Notes: a model not told the origin generated them from the letters alone. 64,000 nucleotides of DNA from Antedon mediterranea (GCF_964355755.1 NC_092675.1:3653812-3717811); one strand, 5' to 3'. Positions 14,924 to 29,211 are shown, numbered from the stretch's first letter. Translations and numbers: made by a program.

Positions 14924-15473
14924 TTAAATTTCATTACCTATACTATATCAGACTGCAAAACCAGAAAATTTTGCGAATAAATTACATTGGCCATTTTTAG
15001 ACAAAAAACTTTCACAATGCATGTACAGTACTCTGTACTAATACAGCATCCTTAAATATTTTCTGACTCTATCCAATATAATAATATTCTACAATACTGT
15101 ACAAGAGTAAATACAAGAGGTTGATTTTGGATATTTGACATTTGTCTGTGTTATTATTATTGTACAATTGTATTTTAAAATCACTTTTATATAATTGAAT
15201 GTACAGCTCTAATAAAAAGAAAGTATTGCTCTTAGTGTATCTTCTATGAATCATAGGTACAGAGGATATAGGATTCTCACTCATAACCACATAGTTGACC
15301 ATTTAATTCTTACACTCCCTCAAAATATCAAGTATTAAATTAAATCCATTCATTCAACACTAACACATTGAGTTACTTTCAAACTCTAAACTTTTATTTA
15401 TAGTAGGTCTACTAGCAAAGATAACCCTCCTCGTGAGCATTTCCCAGTACAATTCCAGTCATTTTAATACACC

Positions 15474-16714
15474 GGTGTTCAACCAATACCAACACACTAA
15501 CCCTATGTATTCAACCAATACCGAAACACCATATAAACTCCATTATGTGTTCAACGAATACCGAAACACCAACCCTATGTGTTCAACCAATACCAAAACA
15601 CCAACCCTATGTGTTCAACCAATACCGAAACACCAACCCTATGTGTTCAACCAATACCAAAACACCAACCCTATGTGTTCAACCAATACCGAAACACCAA
15701 CCCTATGTGTTCAACCAATACCGAAACACCAACCCTATGTGTTCAACCAATACCAAAACACCAACCCTATGTGTTCAACCAATACCGAAACACCAACCCT
15801 ATGTGTTCAACCAATACCGAAACACCAACCCTATGTGTTCAACCAATACCAAAACACCAACCCTATGTGTTCAACCAATACCGAAACACTATTTAAACTC
15901 CATTATGTGTTCAACCAATAACGAAACACCAACCCTATGTGTTCAACCAATACCAAAACATCATTTAAACTCTATTATGTGTTCAACCAATACCGAAACA
16001 CCAACCCTATGTGTTCAACCAATAACGAAACACCAACCCTATGTGTTCAACCAATACCAAAACACCAACCCTATGTGTTCAACCAATACCAAAACACCAA
16101 CCCTATGTGTTCAACCAATACCAAAACACCAACCCTATGTGTTCAACCAATACCGAAACACTATTTAAACTCCATTATGTGTTCAACCAATAACGAAACA
16201 CCAACCCTATGTGTTCAACCAATACCAAAACATCATTTAAACTCTATTATGTGTTCAACCAATACCGAAACACCAACCCTATGTGTTCAACCAATAACGA
16301 AACACCAACCCTATGTGTTCAACCAATACCAAAACATCATTTAAACTCTATTATGTGTTCAACCAATACCGAAACACCAACCCTATGTGTTCAACCAATA
16401 CCAAAACACCAACCCTATGTGTTCAACCAATACCAAAACATCATTTAAACTCTATTATGTGTTCAACCAATACCGAAACACCAACCCTATGTGTTCAACC
16501 AATAACGAAACACCAACCCTATGTGTTCAACCAATACCGAAACATATTTAAACTCCATTATGTGTTCAACCAATAACGAAACACCAACCCTATGTGTTCA
16601 ACCAATACCAAAACATCATTTAAACTCTATTATGTGTTCAACCAATAACGAAACACCAACCCTATGTGTTCAACCAATACCGAAACACCATATAAACTCC
16701 ATTATGTGTTCAAC
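15474..16714. repeat. Minisatellite with interspersed 32-bp and 40-bp units
   Basis: Unit GTGTTCAACCAATACC(G/A)AAACACCAACCCTAT (32 bp) and variant GTGTTCAACCAATACCGAAACACTATTTAAACTCCATTAT (40 bp). Confidence 0.97.
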
Positions 16715-16784
16715 ACCAGTTCTCGTTGGGTTTGTTTGCATTCTGGATGGGAGACGGTCTAGAATAGTGGCGGGTGCTGCATAT

Positions 16785-16950
16785 ACTAGAGAGTGATGGT
16801 GTAGTGATAATATCGGGCTAGCATGTGATAGGCATGGGTTCAAGCCTATCTGTATCATGTACTAACTGTATTTTTAGGCAAGATGCTCTACTCTCATCCC
16901 TCGTCCTTCGGATGGAACGTAAAGCCGTTAGTCATATGTACATAGAAATA
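16785..16950 (+). mobile_element. Degraded tRNA-derived SINE with a Meta-like central domain
   Basis: A box tggtgtagtgat, B box ggttcaagcc, then ...aggcaagatgct... and gtccttcggatggaacgtaaagccgttagtc. Confidence 0.55.
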
Positions 16951-19349
16951 CCCATAGTACCACTACATTAAAAAAATGTCATTATTTATGATTTAGTAAA
17001 CTAACAAATATCTTTGATTATGATTTCTTTATGCTATTATTATTGTCAAGGTCACGAATATATAAAAGCTAACTAGTTGAATTGAATTGACATAGTAATT
17101 ATGATGGATACATTTAATATTAAAAGGAAATTGGATTACAAAAAAATGTTTAAAGAATATCCAACAATTTACTACATTTTTTATATTGACTTCTAAACCA
17201 GGAAATAACTTTTTACATGCATTTTTTTTAAAGTTTAAATCATTTATATTAAGGATAAAGAGCAGAACAAAAATAAAATTATAATCAAAATGTACTGTAT
17301 ATAGTTAATGCTTTTAATTGTTTTTATATATATCAAATATGTTTATAGTAATGTAGTTTCAATTGTTATTTTTAGACGCATATTTAGGCGAAAACAGGCT
17401 TTACCTCCCACCCCCCCCCCCCCCTAAAATGTTACTTTTTAAAATAACATAATGACTATTTTTATTTTTCTGCAACCTGAGAGAGCGTTTAAACTCTATT
17501 AATTAAAAATCTTCTGTTTTTGCTTGATATTTCATGAAGCAATAAATATCTTTATTTCACAATCTGTTTATATTGTTTCAAAGTTGACACATCATTATCA
17601 GCATGACCAAGCACATTGGCACAGATGATCCTAGACGAGGGAATTACAACTAGCAAGCGTGTCAGAAACAAAAACAAATCAAATGCAATTTTCCTGTTTT
17701 AATAACCATGCAAGCTCGAAGGTAACTGCGGCAGGAAGTGTTTGTTGAGGCAGGTGTCATAGCAGGCTGATTCACCTGAGCAACCTAAGGCGAGGGCTAA
17801 GATGTAGGCCATGCATGTAACAGTCCTACAGGTAAATATAGGCCACACATGCTCTTTATGAATATTTCAAATATTTTAATTTAAAACGAATATTGATTAT
17901 TTAGATTAACTTTGATAAAATACTTTTTTTTTTACTTTTTTAATTTTGCTATATTTAAAATCAAAATTAACCACTAAGAAATATGGAAATGTTAATTTCC
18001 TAACTTTCATAATTTACAAAAATTTTGAGTCACAAAATTTTGAAAATGAAAAATTGTATAGATGGCCTTTGCCACCAGAAATATCAAAGTCCTTAATAGA
18101 CAAATAAAACATCGCAAAAAAATGAGTCAAGTTGTTTAATTTTTAAAATAAGTATGTTGGTTATTTGTGTTAATTCTCATTTATATTGGGACATTATTCA
18201 ACTTAGAAACATACTAGGAGTGCATACAGAAAAGCTGATCATAATATATTTGGTATATTTGCATGGATGCATGATGAACAACAGTTGTAACAGCTCTTTG
18301 CACATGGGCATAGATTTGGAGAATAGTGTTGAAACCAATGTGTACCCTGAATTCAGAATAAACAGGATAATGTCACTCTTCTGACTGTGAATGACTAAAC
18401 GAAGTCTGTTAAGAATAGGTGAAATTGCCCACCTATTTAATCTCAATCAACACCTAAAAACAATCTTTTAAAGATGAAAAGTCAATTTTCTACTTGTCTG
18501 GATTTGCATCATCTGATGATACGTGAATGCGACATTAAACATGCATCTTCATTTGAAAAGTTACTTTCCAGACCCTATTCAGCCCAAATTTAATGAAGCG
18601 TGTTTAAAAAATAGGAAACCCCTTCCAAAATTAATAAAATTTGATATTATCAAGCTGTTGGAAAATTGTTGATTTGTCCGATGGATTTAAGCATCTTTCA
18701 ACAATCTAGTTACCTTAGAATACATCAAGTGTCATTGGCCTTAATTTAAAAAAAATGTGTATATTCATGATTTTTTATGAACTGCTTCTGCATGCTGTTT
18801 TTTTCTACTAGCAAATTATTTGAATTTAGGTACAGTAAGGTAAAGGCGAGTCCCGTTATTAATTTTGAATGTAGCGAAATAAGCTGTTAGGAGCTCATGT
18901 TGTACTAAGCCTCGGCACTATATGGTAGGTTACAATTCTATTCCATGTTGCCTTATTTTTCAACCAGGCACTAATTTGCTAACTGATTAGATTTGGAGTT
19001 GTTCTTATCAAGAACTTAAACCAGTGTCCTAATCACACCGTTACCACAAATCCTCTTATGAACATGCATAAGCCTAATTACCCATTATGCACACTTGAAT
19101 ATAATTAGACTACCTGGTTAATTAAAATATCACATGCCATTCAGTATTAGTTCTACTGCACGTAAGAGACATTTAATGGTACTATTACATTCAGCTAATA
19201 TTGTAAACATTCTGTGCCCTGTGAAGCTGTGACTGTTAGTAGTTTGTTTGTAGCGTGCATCATCTCTAAACGTTCTACTCTGAGTGCTGCCTTTTTTAAC
19301 AACATTTATTGAAGATAAAAGTAGTTGATAAATTGTTTTCGAAAGTTAA

Positions 19350-19854
19350 AAATGTATTGTCCCTTTGACTAACTTAAAAAAAAAATTGTTTTTTCAATAT
19401 TTAAAAAAAAAGTGGGTCATTTTTAAGTATCATAATAGTTTATATTAACGTTCACCAAAAATAATTTAACCGAAATACGGACGTTTTTTTGTTCAAAAAA
19501 TAACTTTGACTTCCAGTCAAAGTTTTCGATCAAAACATATCTCATAATGCAACGCGCTTGTTTGCCTCGCGATCTGTGTGGAAACACCTTCTCAACCATG
19601 ACAGTTGTGAACAATCCTAATTAGCATCATGCATAATGCATACTTATGGTTTGAAATCTTTGTTTACTTTCGCTCGTCACAATTTTCCAGACGAAATGTA
19701 ATCAAATTAATTTACCTGTTAATTACGTACACTTGTTGTTTTTGCCTCGAATTTTCGACTTAAAGTGAATAACTTTAATATTACTTTGATATGGCCAATT
19801 TAAATTTAAAATATTTTTTTTTGTATTTTTTGTGTTTTAAGGGACAATACATCT
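19350..19854. mobile_element. Non-autonomous DNA transposon with TTAA flanks (Kolobok-like)
   Basis: TTAA-aaatgtattgtccctt ... aagggacaatacatct-TTAA. 16-bp TIRs with one mismatch. Confidence 0.75.
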
Positions 19855-20399
19855 TTAATTACTTTAGAACAGAAGGTTATAAAACAAATAATAACTGTAA
19901 TGTTATTGACTGTGCTACTTAACTAAAGCTCTGTCTACTCGTGAAATATTCTTCCCATTCAACAAACACAAAACATTCAGTTATGCATATGCCTACTACT
20001 ACTAGTGTAATGAATGACATTTTGATGTTTAGCCACCAAGCTATCTCAGTTGGTAGTCAACGCCTAAAAGAAGCCTTTCAGAATCTACTGACCATTAAAA
20101 CAACAGTTCTTGATACACTGCATTTTAGGCCGAGATCAGTGGATGAAATACTTCATATCAAATTAGATTATAGGACCACCCTCTGGGAAAGATTTTACAA
20201 AGGTTCAAGAATAGTTACAAGATGATGATACTGTTACGTACATTTTGATGTCTTCCAACATATGCGAGGAAATGATATGATTGAATAATAAAACTAGATG
20301 TGTCCTACAGATGAGACAGTATCTTTTACATTTACATAAAGCGCCTATGTATTTTAATATAATCTGAAAATATTATTTCCTTTAAACGTGAACTTAAAG

Positions 20400-20640
20400 A
20401 ATTTATTTCCAGCTAATATTGTTCGTATTGTGTATATATATATTTTATCTGTCAACGATTTTAATTCTATATGAATTTTATAACCATTGTAAATTTTTAG
20501 GCCTATATTATGTCATTTGAATATTCAATATTTTATGTGTTTTACTGTATGTATGTTTTATCGAGGGCCCTAAATGATCAGTTCCATTAGGAACTGGATA
20601 GGCTACCCTCGGTAAAGATGGTAATAAATAAATAAATAAA
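20400..20640 (+). mobile_element. LINE 3' tail remnant
   Basis: cgagggccc...cagttcc...ggaactg...ccctcg stem-loop followed by (taaa)n. Confidence 0.45.
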
Positions 20641-21041
20641 TTCTCTGCAACTTGATGTGTATGATGGCTGGTTTGTGAAAAGTGGATGTTCTAATATAGG
20701 CCTACTGTATAGCATAAACAATTTGGGGAATTAGAAGATACACGAACAAGTGTGAATCACATCAGTATTAAGAAGGGCTGCACTCAGCTATAATACAAAA
20801 ATTATTAATAACAAATCACATTTCAATATTCTTGCCATTTGATTGGATGTCATTGGGAATTACAATTCATTCATAACTCCTACTACATATACACTTGATT
20901 TGTGTTATAAAATGAATATTTTGTACTTGGACTAAATACAGTAATTTCATTCATTAAAACATTATTACTATAATATACCATTTAATTCACAAGAAACACT
21001 CTCTATGCAACTCCTAAACATTCATTATGTATTTATCAGCT

Positions 21042-21236
21042 ACAGTATGAACCTCAAAAGAAGCATGGGCTTCTCTTTGGATGGACGTCTCCTTTTTGAG
21101 ATGGCCTTCTTTTCGAAATGAATGCTGTAGATCTTCTTTTTTTTTTTTTTAATATGATGGCATTTCAAGATGGGCTTCTTTTTTAGATTACTTTTGCAAA
21201 CCAATGAGGTGAGCTTGTTTTCAAGGTTTTATTGTA
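21042..21236. mobile_element. Degraded pogo/mariner-like MITE
   Basis: TA-cagtatgaacctcaaaagaagc ... gcttgttttcaaggttttattg-TA, with internal gatgggcttctttt repeats. Confidence 0.5.
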
Positions 21237-24200
21237 TTTGAATTGCATGTAAAAAGATCAAAGAATTTTGAGGAGCAGTTAGTTTTATTGAAACTGACAA
21301 ATATTTTGTGAATCATTTCACTGTCAATTGCCATAATTAAAGCAATGTGTTTGCACTCACATATTTGTCTTATTTACTGGCTTACTTTACCAACACTTCA
21401 CCACTAATTTTGGATTTGAATACTGACCCTGGAGAATACTAATAATTGTTAATAACTTCAAGATGAGTTAAATAGACAACATTAATTAACTGGGACGTTA
21501 TCTATTTACTTTGAAATGAACCTATTTAAAAACTTCCGAAAAACAATTCCTGATGTTGATATTTTAAATTGGCACAAATTATTTACAGATGACAATGGTT
21601 ACGTTTTTTTAATCGGAAGACATTAAAATGCTTTTATTTGTTTTGTTTATTATAATATTAGGGCACAGAACCTTTGATGTGAAATGTGGCTTCCTATATT
21701 AGTGTTTCTCCCACCTGTTACTGTCATTTATTTATAGAAATAATATTCCTCCAACTATTGTACTATTGAGAGATGAAATTAAATCTGAAACATAACCAAT
21801 TTTCCAAATTTGAAAAAAGTAGTTTGGTAATTATTTAGGTAATTAGGCATTAGTATGGTAATGTAAATATTAACTGGGGCCGATTGACTATCTTTGTCGG
21901 GGAGAAAAATATGATATAAGAATAAAACAATAATATTATAGTATATATAGTACTTGTCGTTTTCTTTATTTATTCTCTATAATAATATATTCAAAATGCA
22001 ACAGAAGTTGAAATTCTTATGAGTTTACAACAAAAAACAATAAATCACTATAAAAAAAACATGAAACGATATGCCTATACGAAAAACTAAACAAGCATGC
22101 AAAAATATGATATATTTACTACAAAAACATTTTTATAAATCAAAATATTAGTTTAGATGCTCCTATATAATTAAATGTCATTCTTCTTGTCTGAATGTCA
22201 AAGGTTAACTAGATCCACACGCTTCATACAGTACCAAGGAGATTTAGATCAAGACAAGCCAATCCCAGGTAATCATGATAAAGATGATAATCCTAAATGA
22301 TGACAGCTGCATTGAATGACTTAATAAAACAACCAGCTGATGAAACCATCAAATCTTTATTATCATGTTTATCTATTTTTCATACGCCTCCAAGATCATA
22401 AATGAACAGATGATGAACCCTACATTTTTGTAGAAAGATTGTAAAGTCTGACAGTACACTAAATAATCATTGTGTCATGGTTGGAATAAAAATACATTGC
22501 ATGCTTACTGAGAGTTGTTTATAAATATTAGTTATTCATTTTAATAAAAATGCTATTTACACTTTTACTTGGAACATTAAAGCATCGATCGCACTGGACT
22601 TAATTTGGTCAAATTAATTGCTGGCTAAATTGATCAGAAAAAGTTCAATCCCAACACTGGCTACAATTCCCTCAGGATTAAATTAATAAAGTCTAATGGT
22701 TAGTTTTACTGACAACTGCCTGCCCAGGATAACTGACCATAGTCTCGGTAAAAGTAACCATGCCGGGTAAAAAGTCCAATCCGAACGCGAGTCTCAGGTA
22801 CACATACAACCTTCAGTCAAATTTTGGTCAAACTTACTGCATGAAATTATCCCAGTGCAAATAATGGTAAAATTTAACGATGGCCAATTGGGTAAATTAC
22901 CTTGATTATATTTAACCTTTTGCAAGTTCAGTGTGAACAACTGGGTTGGTAAAACCGGTCATAAGACAATACAGTATATCCAGATCAATCCTTTCCATGA
23001 CAAACTATTATGCATTGTTTTTTCTAAACTTGCCCCTCTAACCAATATGTTCTTTGCTTTGTTTGTTATTTCAATTGATATTTTATCTTAATTATTGGGT
23101 GATTTCAACATCATGATGAGTTAAAAATATACAGTACATATATATAAAGTACAGTTGATTTATATTATAGTCAATAGGAATGGGATAAATATTATTCCAT
23201 CTTTTCAACTAGTCTTAAATCATCACCTGATTTAATATACTTCACCTTTGTTTGTCTCTTGTCATCAAATATCACAATTCTTTTATCAAAGCTTTACCTA
23301 ATATCAATAATAAATGACATTTATCGATTGAAAAAGTACTGTGTAAATCATAGATACTGAAAATTTTCTTTACTACCGACTATAAGTTATTGGGAGTTGA
23401 TTAGACAGATGGTTTTGCTCATTTGTACTGTATTTGGATTTTAAAAGTTATTTTGTATGAAAACATTGTATTAAAAACTGTTTTTTGGATCACAAACAAA
23501 TGTTAAAACAGATTATCGAGAACAGAAATAAGCTACTATAAAAGTATAAAAGAGGTTAATACAATTAAGTCATGCAAACAGGGCAGAGACTCAAAATGAT
23601 AACTAACGTAATATCTATTAAATAATATCATTTAATTAGTATAAAAAAATAATTAATATAAAATATTTGTTATCAAATTTAGATCTAAAGTAATATGGCA
23701 ATATAATAATAATTTCTTGGTGAAAGTCTGAAAACCAACACCACAGACATACATTAGTAGTGATGTGACTCAAACTGGTGTATTGTATTAGTTGACGTAC
23801 AGCCTTAATTTGTGGTTCATCTAAATTGATTTGTTTTTTGAGCTACAGTAATGTATGACTATAAGTCTTAACACTTTTGGCTAAAATGTACAAACAGAAG
23901 CCAAATTCAGTAAAACATGGCTTGGATACCTTACAAGTTTTATGATCATTTTCTAAAGTACAAAGGACTTTTAGTGGTATAGGTCTGTTTTAAGTAGAAC
24001 TAAAGAAGCCTATTAAGATGGAATTACCAACAATGTTTGTTTTTATTTTCAACGTTTAGAGATAATTTGCCATATAATCCTGTCAAATTACTACAATCAA
24101 AACAATCAATGGAAAGATCAAAAGTAGTAGTGATGCTGCAAGAGGGTAGTTAAATCAACGGCTGTATTTCTGATGAACAACATCCACTTTTAGTTAAGAG

Positions 24201-24289
24201 GGTTCCATTATTTTTAAAATACAACATTTTTAAATACAGATTTGCACATGGCCTGAGATGTCAGATTGAATGGGAAGTGAACATTATTA

Positions 24290-24492
24290 AGCTCTGCCTA
24301 CTGTACACTAATCAAACTAGTTTGACAAAAAAAGTGCGATGTGCCCAAATATGGTAGTGATATGCCCAATTATAGAAGTATATATGACATCATCATGTCC
24401 ATATATGGGCACATCACATATGACATCATCATGTCCATATATGGGCACATCACATTTTTTGTCACATCAAGTTTGATAGTGTTGACAGAGCT
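24290..24492. mobile_element. MITE family A copy with an internal ~36-bp tandem duplication
   Basis: Same TIRs. The segment atgacatcatcatgtccatatatgggcacatcacat occurs twice, and CTGTA is inserted in the left TIR. Confidence 0.85.
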
Positions 24493-27400
24493 TTAGTCTC
24501 AGGGTTAGTGAAAGAAGAAATATTATTCTGAGATCTGAGAGCACAAAAGTCCTATTTTGAAACTCAATTTTAACAAAAATAAATACATGGATTAAATGTT
24601 AGCTCCATTGCCTTCATCCGAAGGTTAAAAATTAAGCAACCATTGTTTTTGAAGATCGTCATTGACAACACAACTGACAAGTTTACATATGTCATTCAAC
24701 ACATTAGTAAAATCATTTTCAAAAGGGTAATCATGTTTCAACATACTTTGGCGCCTTAAGAGAAGAGGAAGGCGGGTGTAATAGTGTGTACTGCTCTCTG
24801 ATAACATCATCACATTGCACCGATTCTCGGTACTGTACCTCAATTTATTTTTTAGCATTAAAGGAAAATTCTGTGATACAGCATCACATGTGTCACATGT
24901 GATACCTGTATCATAGGCTCTAACCTAACCATCTATTACCATATATAGACACAAAATTTGATAAACAACAATTATAATTAAAAAAGGTTTTTGCCTATTT
25001 GACAAATCAGTGTTTTATAAAAATTACAATACAATTCAAATGGCATCATTTTTCCATTGTTGAAGAATCAAGAAGTCACTACATTGTCATTGTTTTCCAG
25101 AGACACTTGTCTGAAGATGTGATAGACTTGGGATTCTCATTCATGTCCTGAAGGTGAATTACGATCAAGAGTAAGTTTTTTTTTATCATACCGAATCAAA
25201 TTGAATAGCTGATGAATAACGTGAATAATTCTGAATAATTCAGTGGAAAAAATTAACACATGGGTTTGTACAATATCTCCACTTCATTGCTTCAAATGAA
25301 ACCACATGATATCTGATGTAGGAAAAATCAGCAGATTGTTAACATTTTTGTTGAATTAGAATTTATTATTATTAATATGGGAATTTTAATTTATGTTAGA
25401 CAGAAATTTTTTAACACGGAATAGAACAATTATAGACAGCGCAGGTTTATATTCAGCCTAGCCTTGCGTCGCGAGTACCAAAATGTTCATTGTAACAAGA
25501 ATGAGAATAACAAAATGGCACTCTCGCAAAACGAAATTGTACTTTCGGATATAACAAATTGACTCAAAATAAAATTGCACTCTTGATGACATAAGTGTTC
25601 ATTGGAGTAGTTTACTTAATTATATCATGTGACAATCTTCTAATCAAATCATTGCTTTAATTGTGCACTGTTATCTTTTATAAAGTCAAAAATGTATAAA
25701 GGCATTGCATTGGTATGAAGTCTGAAGCCTACATTCTGCAAATGTAGTCTTGAAAGTATAAATGAAAACCAGCTATAATACAAAACAAAAATATCATATT
25801 ACAAATTTTTCAAACTTCATGGAAAGTCAACACAAATTTTGTTAGTCAAATCTTTTCTGAGATATAAAAAATGTCGGCTAAATTGAAAGAAAAATTAGTT
25901 ATGGGAACAGAATCTATTTAAGCAGGTGAATAACCTGTCAAGTTGCCACTCTCAATTTTGTAATGGAATGTGAACACTGAATGTAATTTATTGTCGAAAT
26001 AGAGGAACTACTAAATATAGCCAAGCATCACTTTTTTTTGTACTACTTCGATTCACTTGGTTTAAAAAGGACAGGGATATAATGGTGTAGTATGTGCCAA
26101 AAACCCATCAACATCCTTCCTTTATGACCTTTTTATGTCACTCAGTCTTGTTTTTCCCTCTCAAAAAACTGCTGTACCGAATGAGGGTTGAAAAGTTATT
26201 AGTGAAAATAAAGGTGGGAGTGGGAATTAGGTGGAAGCTTTACCAAGCAAAGATTAAGTGTTACTTGTTTTTAGCGCTGTTTTCTGTGTGTGAATTTACC
26301 TCATCTTTTACCCGGGTAAGTTGAGGACAAATTGCTCCATGAAAACCGTTTTGAAAATCGATTTAGACAAGACTACCATTAAGTGGGTTTTTAAAACATT
26401 TTTTTTGTATTTGTGTGTCAGTAGAAAAACAATTTGTTTTTCATCCAAGCAGAAATAAGCCCATAGTTTGTAAGTTCCATCTCTACTACGCTCTACTTAA
26501 CTTTCTATTGTATGGTTCATAAATGGTGACCTGTTATTTCATAGGAAAGTGAGAACCAATTTTAAAAGGTTTAAAAACCTTTTCCTTACATCATACAGGA
26601 AACAATTATATAACTTAATATTACATTTATAATCATTAAAAGCACAATTGAAAATACCCAATATTCATGTATATTTTTCGCAGAAAATGTAATGGAACTT
26701 TTATGTAAAAAAAAATGATTATTCATTCACTTCAAAGAACCTAAATTATCTTTCTTCAAAGGACCTATAACAAGAATCGAAAGAAGTTAAAAGTATATTC
26801 ATTGAAATGGAAGAAAATCAATAGTTCTTTTCAGAACATGGTGTATCAAAAACTTTGTATCTTGAAACAAGAATATCCTGTTCATCAAATATGTGTAAAC
26901 ATTTCAAAAGGCATTGCGAGATAGAATAGAACCAATGGGTTCTGAAAATATAAATCTGTAAATATAAATAATTTCATAATCAAGGTTTTCTACTTTTTTT
27001 CATAAAAGTGCTGAGTAACTATATAAGTTACAAGAACTGACAGTTCATAGGAAAGTAGGCCAATGACATGAACAGCCTAATCGTAGGGTTAAATAATTTT
27101 AAATAAAATGGACGCCATACACTGTAAATTTAACACCACATTATAATGTTTCCTGGGAGGTAACTATGAAAGCACACCAATTAGTTCCTGGTTTTGGATC
27201 AATGCGTTTTTTGCATGGTTTTTATATTCTACATTTTCAGAGCAATCAACTAATTGTTCCAATATTGTTTTTTTGTTTAAAAAAACGAAAATTTAATGTA
27301 TGTGCTTCTAAAATATTTGTTTATAAAATACAATTATGTTTTTAAACCAAATTCTAGCTGAATTAAGAATATCAATGAAACTTCTCTGTTAAGATGTAAT

Positions 27401-29061
27401 ATATCAATTATCATTATTTTTTATGAATGTCATTGATTTTGTGTCAACTTTTTTTAAATTAAGTTTTTTTAAACTGAAATGAAATTGTGATTATTCTTGA
27501 TGTTTTTTATGAGTGCTATTGATTCTTTGTAATCTTTTTTTATTAATTCTTTTTAACTGAAATAAAATTGGGATGTTTGATTTGTCTTTAAATAAATATA
27601 CCTTGATATCAAAGATGTTATACCATACTAAATTTTACAGAACTCTACATAAATAATAACATTCGACAAAAAAAAATTACCTAAACCAAAAAAATATAAC
27701 TTTAGTAATAAAAAAAATGTTTTCTGGATAAGGAAATAAAAAAATATTAATTTAATATTACTTTGTATAAGATTACATATATAAAAGTGCAAAGCCACCA
27801 TAACAATTGCAATGCCACCAACCATTAGCAATAAGTGTCAAATAATTCAGTGATAAATTAGCAATAAATCACAGTTTTTACCTCCAAGTTCTTAACTTAA
27901 ATCATAAAATTTGTCAACTAAATCTTACTGCCTTTTCATCAATTTCTTTTTTATACTGGTACATTTTGATTTACTATTGACTATTGACTACTATACTATA
28001 TATTTACATACCATACTAAAAAAAAAGGCAAATAACATGCTACTTTTTATAAATGAAGACGTTTAATAAGTCCAGATGTCATCAAAATTGAGAATTGCTC
28101 TATCTTGGTGAATCATTTTCCATTTTGTATAGTTACAAAAAAAAGGTGGCATTGAAACAGAAGAAGATGAGACTAAACGTTGATATCTTTGAAATTTTAT
28201 GATTAGATCTCATAAGATATTAGAAGAATAAGAAATAAAATAAAAACAGATAAAGGCTAAAATACATGGAGCATATTACAGTAACTGTTGCAAATCAAGA
28301 TCTAAATGTGCATTTGTGGGCAACATGAACTGTCCAAAAACAAACACAGAGTACAACATAATCTTTGGAAGATTTTAAAATGTTCTATTCTTTAAGAAAT
28401 ATTCATAGTAGCTTTATGAAGTTCTTGGTTTGTTTCATATTGAATTGAATTGATCACTTCAGAAAAAATATTCCATATATATATACACAACAAAAATTAA
28501 TACAAAACTTTTTCCCGATTAGTGAAGAGATTTGAATATCGTAACAGATAGTTTGTAGAATTTTCACTATTCACAACTCTTAATCTAAAACCATAGACGC
28601 ACTTGTGTACATGCTTGTAGAAAGATGGAATTCTCCTCGTGGCAAGCATTGTTAACAATATAATTATATTTTACTATATCAAAAAAATATCTAAATACTC
28701 TATTGAACATCCAGGTTTACTAAATTTGTTTGGCTTTTTAAATAAGCAATGGCGTATCATTAACAAGGTTCACCAAGTGTTGTATACTTTTTTAGCTATT
28801 TTTTCTCTAACTTGCAATATACTTGTGATTGTATATCCTGAATGAAAAATTGTGGGTGTAAAAGAGGAAGATTGAACAAGACATTCACATCTCAACTTTA
28901 GCTACAAAAACAAATTTGTTATGATGAAAAATATGTAAAGCTTGATGTTTCAAACCTCAGACTATTAATTAAATCTGAAGGTCATAATCTTTGCAAATCT
29001 AATGAATGTACTGTAACATCTAGATAATTTAACTGAAAATTAAAAGCAGAATGTTACTTAC

Positions 29062-29211
29062 TGGTGTTGAATTATTTGAACGAAGTGCTGCTAACCATCT
29101 CAATGTGTTATCCTTCCTAGCTTCAACATGGTTAAACGGAACCTGTAACACCAAGCACACAAATACCATAAGTAGAAAATGACGCCATCCAGCCATCCCA
29201 AACATGTTCAT
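29062..29211 (-). CDS. Probable first coding (signal peptide) exon of the ADAMTS-like gene
   Basis: Reads MNMFGMAGWRHFLLMVFVCLVLQVPFNHVEA-RKDNTLRWLAALRSNNSTP, then a GTAAGT donor at 29061 in phase 0, matching the phase-0 acceptor at 5382. Hydrophobic core with a VEA cleavage motif. Start could be ATG 29211, 29205 or 29196. Confidence 0.7.

Noticed and set aside
15433-16796. Long overlapping ORFs (MCSTNTETPTLCVQPIPKHQPYVFNQ...) and a CRISPR-like appearance
   Set aside because: The ORFs are translations of a stop-free 32-bp unit in all three frames. The segments between the constant parts are repeated, not unique spacers. There are no cas genes and the context is a eukaryotic intron.
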